Shown piece after piece: positions 63,685 to 64,000 of a DNA stretch of 64,000 bases. The position numbers and the translations under genes are program-made. The notes under the pieces are model-generated. The model saw nothing but the letters and a program-made list of their open reading frames with translations. It did no database searches and was not told the origin of the DNA. Source of the DNA: Takakia lepidozioides (lineage: Eukaryota > Plantae > Bryophyta); assembly GCA_030704615.1 (NCBI GenBank), contig CM060731.1, positions 80,910,001-80,974,000 on the forward strand, written 5' to 3'. Within the stretch, counting starts at the first letter, position 1; each line of letters opens with the position of its first letter.

Positions 63685-64000
63685 ATTGCAGGATATGCAC
63701 AGCAAGTATGCAGGATGGAGGCTTTGGAGACCTATGAGCAATTGATGTGCGAAGGGGTGAAGCCCAACCGCAACACATTTGTTTGTGTTTGCAATGCGTG
63801 TGCAAGCCTAGGAGCTCTGGGAAAGGGGAAAGAGGTCCATGGTGACATCGTTAAAGCTGGATTTGTACCAGATGTCATCCTGAACACTGCCCTGGTGGAC
63901 ATGTATGCCAAATGTGGGTGCATGAAGGATGCGAAAGGAGTTTTCAAATGGCTGAACAAGATGTGGTGTCGTGGAACGCGATGCTTGCAGGGTATGCACA
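63685..64000 (+). pseudogene. PLS-class PPR fragment, frameshifted, runs off the window end
   Basis: EGVKPNRNTFVCVCNACASLGALGKGKEVHGDIVKAGFVPDVILNTALVDMYAKCGCMKDAKGVF/ DVVSWNAMLAGYA. Confidence 0.9.

Overview
Eukaryotic plant nuclear DNA, most likely a bryophyte (moss-like element families, many PLS-PPR relics; this is inference). About 1-53 kb is a nest of decayed transposons: several Ty3/Gypsy LTR retrotransposon pieces, a Sola-like DDE transposase, two CACTA/EnSpm-related segments (one with a Ulp1-type peptidase, one with the TnpD transposase), solo or partial LTRs, a tRNA-derived SINE family, a hAT MITE and a TTAA-flanked piggyBac-like element. PPR and OSB/PDF-motif pseudogene fragments are interleaved. 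The one clearly intact host gene is an 8-exon 4-coumarate:CoA ligase (55128..59747, +, 556 aa). It is followed by PPR E/DYW relics and a probably damaged organellar SEC-C-family gene. The most notable observation is a Ty3/Gypsy element carrying the C-terminal part of a C5 cytosine DNA methyltransferase. It becomes visible only after undoing a ~4.37 kb inversion (breakpoints ~1617 and ~5991, AT microhomology) that reciprocally split the methyltransferase and the Sola-like transposase. Protein family calls come from motif recognition by eye; no database searches were run.
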